From the NCBI RefSeq assembly GCF_006345805.1, contig NW_021827064.1:1-11348 (forward strand): DNA of 11,348 nt, read 5' to 3'. The stretch is from Octopus sinensis (taxonomy: Eukaryota). Under the pieces are notes generated by a model. That model was given only the letters and a program-made list of their open reading frames with translations. It did no database searches and was not told the origin of the DNA. This document shows positions 7,719-11,348 of this stretch, one piece after another. The position numbers and the translations under genes were made by a program. Within the stretch, counting starts at the first letter, position 1. The number at the start of each line of letters is the position of its first letter.

Positions 7719-8401
7719 ATGTATATATATATATAATATATATACATATAAATAATTGAGTGTGTGTGTGGTATGTGTGTAACGTCGATATGACGAATAA
7801 CCAATTTGTTGATGTAAGTTCCGTAATTAACAGTATCAAATATAATTAGCTCGTTGTAGCATTAATGGATTAATTGTTCATGTAGCCAGAATAATTACTG
7901 TAACTTCTAGGTCAGCCAGTATGTTTGTTTGTGTGTCTGTGTGTATATATATTTATATATGTGTGTGTCTGAATCAATATACATTTGTGTGTATATAGTC
8001 ATATTTCAGGTTATAAACCTTTTCCCGAACTTACAGTAATTTTCTTGTTAAAGGCCCTAATTTCTCATTAGGGGGTTGTAACCCACCAAAGAAAAACACA
8101 TACTGTAATTATGTTCTCCTGTGTTCTCTTTTCTCTCTCGGGATGGGGATGTGGTGGTAGGGAGGCTCGTAACACCTCCACGCCCCATGCCCATCCATCC
8201 TCTACACATCTGTTTTATACTAATGTGAAAACCGCTTTGATCTAAAATTATGTACTTGCTGTGTTCAGAGAGCTTTGAGATGCACAGGGATGTACGTATA
8301 ATATATCTGATGTTGTGTGTTAAAGCATACATATGTAGAGTTCTAACGATTGGTTTCTCATATCATTAGCCTAAGCAAAATTATAATAATAAGTGGCCAT
8401 A

Positions 8402-8983
8402 GGCGCAGGAGTGGCTGTGTGGTAAGTAGCTTGCTAACAAACCACATGGTTCCAGGTTCAGTCCCACTGCGTGGCACCTTGGGCAAGTGTCTTCTGCTAT
8501 AGCTCCGGGCCGACCAATGCCTTGTGAGTGGATTTGGTAGACGGAAACTGAAAGAAGCCCGTCGTATATGTGCAGAGATGGCTGTGTGGTAAGTAGCTTG
8601 CTAACCAACCACATGGTTCCGGGTTCAGTCCCACTGCGTGGCATCTTGGGCAAGTGTCTTCTGCTATAGCCCCGGGTCGACCAATGCCTTGTGAGTGGAT
8701 TTGGTAGACGGAAACTGAAAGAAGCCTGTCGTATATATGTATATATATATATATATATAAGTGTGTGTGTGTGTATATGTTTGTGTGTCTGTGTTTGTCC
8801 CCCTAGCATTGCTTGACAACCGATGCTGGTGTGTTTACGTCCCCGTCACTTAGCAGTTCGGCAAAAGAGACCGATAGAATAAGTACTGGGCTTACAAAGA
8901 ATAAGTCCCAGGGTCGATTTGCTCGACTAAAGGCGGTGCTCCAGCATGGCTGCAGTCAAGTGACTGAAACAAGTAAAAGAGTA
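8402..8983 (+). mobile_element. SINE family A, head-head-tail dimer (heads at 8402 and ~8570)
   Basis: Same architecture as 2719-3266. The second head has an altered first 10 nt. Confidence 0.9.
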
Positions 8984-8989
8984 ATAATA

Positions 8990-9310
8990 ATTAATTCTTG
9001 TTTATTGGCCACAAGGGCCAACAAAAATCAAATAAAACATGTAAGGACAAAATATAGGACGAAAGTTACAAAAAGGGTTTTGTCCGTGTGAAAGGTCCGT
9101 GTAAAAAATGCAAGATAACAACGAAAAATATAACAAAAATAAAACTCCCAATAGGGGGAGGCACTTCGAAAGGTTACTTGTGGAAAAACCCATAAAAACC
9201 ACGGTAGCCTAGTCAAAAGCGGGGTAGAAAGCCCCTTTCTCCTTTTATATTACCTTTTTAATCACAGGTGTATCCTCAGAATTGGTCCGTTCATACTGGC
9301 CATTCATAAT
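8990..9310 (-). mobile_element. LINE-like 3' end (clade uncertain, possibly L1/Tx1-like)
   Basis: The minus strand ends GGCCCTTGTGGCCAATAAACAAGAA, like the SINE B tail, and has a T-rich UTR-like body with short stem-loops. A short frame ...MASMNGPILRIHL* stops at 9264-9262 and could be an ORF2 end. Interrupted by a SINE at 9320. Confidence 0.4.
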
Positions 9311-9319
9311 ATATATATA

Positions 9320-9873
9320 GGTGCAGGAGTGGCTGTGTGGTAAGTAGCTTGCTAACCAACCACATGGTTCCAGGTTCAGTCCCACTGTGTGGCACCTTGG
9401 GCAAGTGTCTTCTGCTATAGCCCCGGGCCAACCAAAGCCTTGTGAGTGGATTTGGTAGACGGAAACTGAAAGAAGCCCATCATATATATATATAGGCATA
9501 GGAGTGGCTGTGTGGTAAGTAGCTTGCTTACCAACCAAATGGTTCCGGGTTCAGTCACACTGCGTGGCACCTTGGGCAAGTGTCTTCTGCTATAACCTCG
9601 GGCGGACCAAAGCCTTGTGAGTGGATTTGGTAGACGGAAACTGAAAGAAGCCTGTTGTATATATGTATATATATATGTGTGTGTATGTGTTTGTCCCCCT
9701 AGCATTGCTTGACAACCGATGCTGGTGTGTTTACGTCCCCGTCACTTAGCGTTTCGTCAAAAGAGACCGATAGAATAAGTACTGGGCTAACAAAGAATAA
9801 GTCCCGGTTTCGATTTGCTCAACTAAAGGTGGTGCTCCAGCATGGCCGCAGTCAAATGGCTGAAACAAGTAAA

Positions 9874-9882
<9 letters not shown>
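9320..9882 (+). mobile_element. SINE family A, head-head-tail dimer (heads at 9320 and 9495), ending in an A-run and (TA)n(CA)n
   Basis: Same architecture as the other dimers. Confidence 0.9.
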
Positions 9883-9928
<46 letters not shown>

Positions 9929-10443
9929 TATACAAGCAAAATGCTCTCCCGCCCTTGTCCAATAGATGGTGCTAATCATATCTGCTGAATAAAAAGCAAT
10001 CAGTATTTTCTTTTCATAAAAAATAATTAAGCATGCCTTTATTTCAATAAATTTTGGTTTTGTTAAATGAAATTAAGGCAAAAAAAAGACTTCTTGAGAA
10101 ACCAAATAGTCTTTCCTTCCTTCATGCCAAGTTTGAAGAAATATCTCTTTTGCATCTTACTTTTTTTGCTCTCTTAAATATACTGCATTTTGTGGCATTA
10201 TTTATATATATATATAATGAAATTATTGTATACAGTGCTCAGGTGCCCCACAACTTGTCAGAAAGTGCATATAAAGTACATGCAGCAATGTAGAAATGTC
10301 TGGAAAGTGAACATGCTTGTGGCTTTTTTTTTGCACAAAATGCACGTGCATTTTCCTCGCGTGCGCATAGTATCGATCGCAACAGCTGGTGTACTTGCAT
10401 GTACAAATGCACGTTCCCATGGCTTTATCGATTGCATTCTCAC

Positions 10444-10502
10444 CTGGAATTGATTGTTGTAATTTTTTTAAAGACTTATACACACCCTGATACCATCGGT
10501 AT
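10444..10502 (-). CDS. Speculative 59-nt internal exon (YRWYQGVYKSLKKLQQSIP)
   Basis: Minus-strand donor CCAG|GTGAGA at 10444/10443 and acceptor CTCCTGCGCCTGTAG| ending at 10503. One of three frames is open. No homology recognised. Confidence 0.2.
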
Positions 10503-10507
10503 CTACA

Positions 10508-11068
10508 GGCGCAGGAGTGGTTGTGTGGTAAGTAGCTTGCTTACAAACCACATGGTTGCGGGTTCAGTCCCACTGCGTGGCATCTTGGGCAAGTGTCTTC
10601 TGCTATAGCCCCGGGCCGACCAAAGCCTTGTGGGTGGATTTGGTAGACGGAAACTGAAAGAAGCCCCTAGTATATATGTATATAGGCGCAGGAGTGGCTG
10701 TGTGGTAAGTAGCTTGCTAACCAACCACATGGTTCTGGGTTCAGTCCCACTGCGTGGCATCTTGGGCAAGTGTCTTCTGCTATAGCCCCGGGCTGTCCAA
10801 TGCCTTGTGGGTGGATTTGGTAGACGGAAACTGAAAGAAGCCCGTTGTATATATGTTTGTGTGTCTGTGTGTGTATATGATTGTCCCCCCAACATCGCTT
10901 GACAACCGATGCTGGTGTGTTTACGTCCCTGTCACTTAGCGGTTCGGCAAAAGAGACCAATAGAATAAGTACTAGGCCTACAAAGAATAAATCCCGGGGT
11001 CGATTTGCTCGACTGAAGGCGGTGCTCCAGCATGGCCACAGTGAAATGACTGAAACAAGTAAAAGAGT
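10508..11068 (+). mobile_element. SINE family A, head-head-tail dimer (heads at 10508 and 10685), with variant tail
   Basis: Same architecture. The tail carries variants CCCCCAACATCGC and ACTAGGCCTAC. Confidence 0.9.
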
Positions 11069-11157
11069 TTCTTGCAGATTTGAGCGCAGTCGGATGGAGG
11101 ATGCCCGAGATCCTAGAAGACACACAGACAGACAGGCAACGGATTTTATATAATAGA
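11069..11157 (-). mobile_element. 5' end of a second Helitron-type non-autonomous family
   Basis: The minus strand reads A|TCTATTATATAAAATCCGTTGCCTGTCTGTCTGTGTGTC...CCGACTGCGCTCAAATCTG, the same layout as the 5' end of 5760-6130. No 3' hairpin or CTAG was found. Confidence 0.55.
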
Positions 11158-11179
11158 TAATCGAAGGACATGCTAAGTA

Positions 11180-11267
11180 TGGGTCTGGTGCAGCCTTCCA
11201 GCCTTGCCAGCCCTGGTCAAAGCATCCAACCCATGCCAGCATGGACAATGGACGTTAAATGACGATG
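11180..11267 (+). mobile_element. Short 3' tail of family D retroposon
   Basis: CATCCAACCCATGCCAGCATGG...GTTAAATGACGATG matches 3542-3591. Confidence 0.7.
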
Positions 11268-11348
11268 GTAAATGTGGATGAATAAGCCTCACGTTTGACA
11301 GAGATAATCTGAATGCAAACGAGTTAATTAGGGAACTGGGTCGTTAAC

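Noticed and set aside
10223-10483. Cys-rich minus-strand ORF (…CICTCKYTSCC…) as a toxin-like peptide
   Set aside because: No signal peptide or recognisable Cys framework. The frame runs through a consensus splice donor, and other frames are equally Cys-rich because of TGC/TGT-rich composition.
10489-10503. Hairpin GATACC-ATC-GGTATC as the missing 3' end of the second Helitron
   Set aside because: No CTAG/CTRR at the expected distance, and a 6-bp stem is at chance level.
1764-11248. The many ORF-track entries with recurring peptides (MTTDAGVFTSPSLS..., RQASFSFRLPNPLTRHW..., DTCPRCHAVGLNPEPCGW...)
   Set aside because: They are translations of SINE A copies on both strands. Stops and frames vary between copies, so the similarity reflects DNA repeats, not a protein family.

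Overview
Eukaryotic, AT-rich, microsatellite-rich genomic DNA. By my rough sum of mapped intervals, about 55-60% is interspersed repeat. From memory the repeat families resemble those of Octopus genomes; this is not database-verified. I see no confidently identifiable protein-coding gene, and most ORFs in the supplied track are chance translations of SINE copies. The window contains: (i) about 13 modules of a tRNA-derived SINE (family A, my label), four loci of which are head-head-tail dimers; (ii) two copies of a second tRNA-derived SINE (family B) with tandemly multiplied bodies, one flanked by a 16-bp target-site duplication; (iii) a 4x ~138-bp tandem array at the end of an unclassified repeat (family C); (iv) two retroposon 3' tails ending in GATGATG (family D); (v) a complete ~371-bp non-autonomous Helitron-type element and the 5' end of a second; (vi) a 239-bp Penelope-like terminal repeat carrying a minimal hammerhead-ribozyme fold with a variant core; (vii) a LINE-like 3' end sharing its tail with SINE B. 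Lower-confidence items are a His-rich open frame missed by the ORF track, a 59-nt candidate exon, a 25-bp perfect inverted repeat and a 56-nt hairpin. I cannot support a wholly new biological system. The best leads are the hammerhead-like element and the recurrent tandem multiplication of SINE modules.
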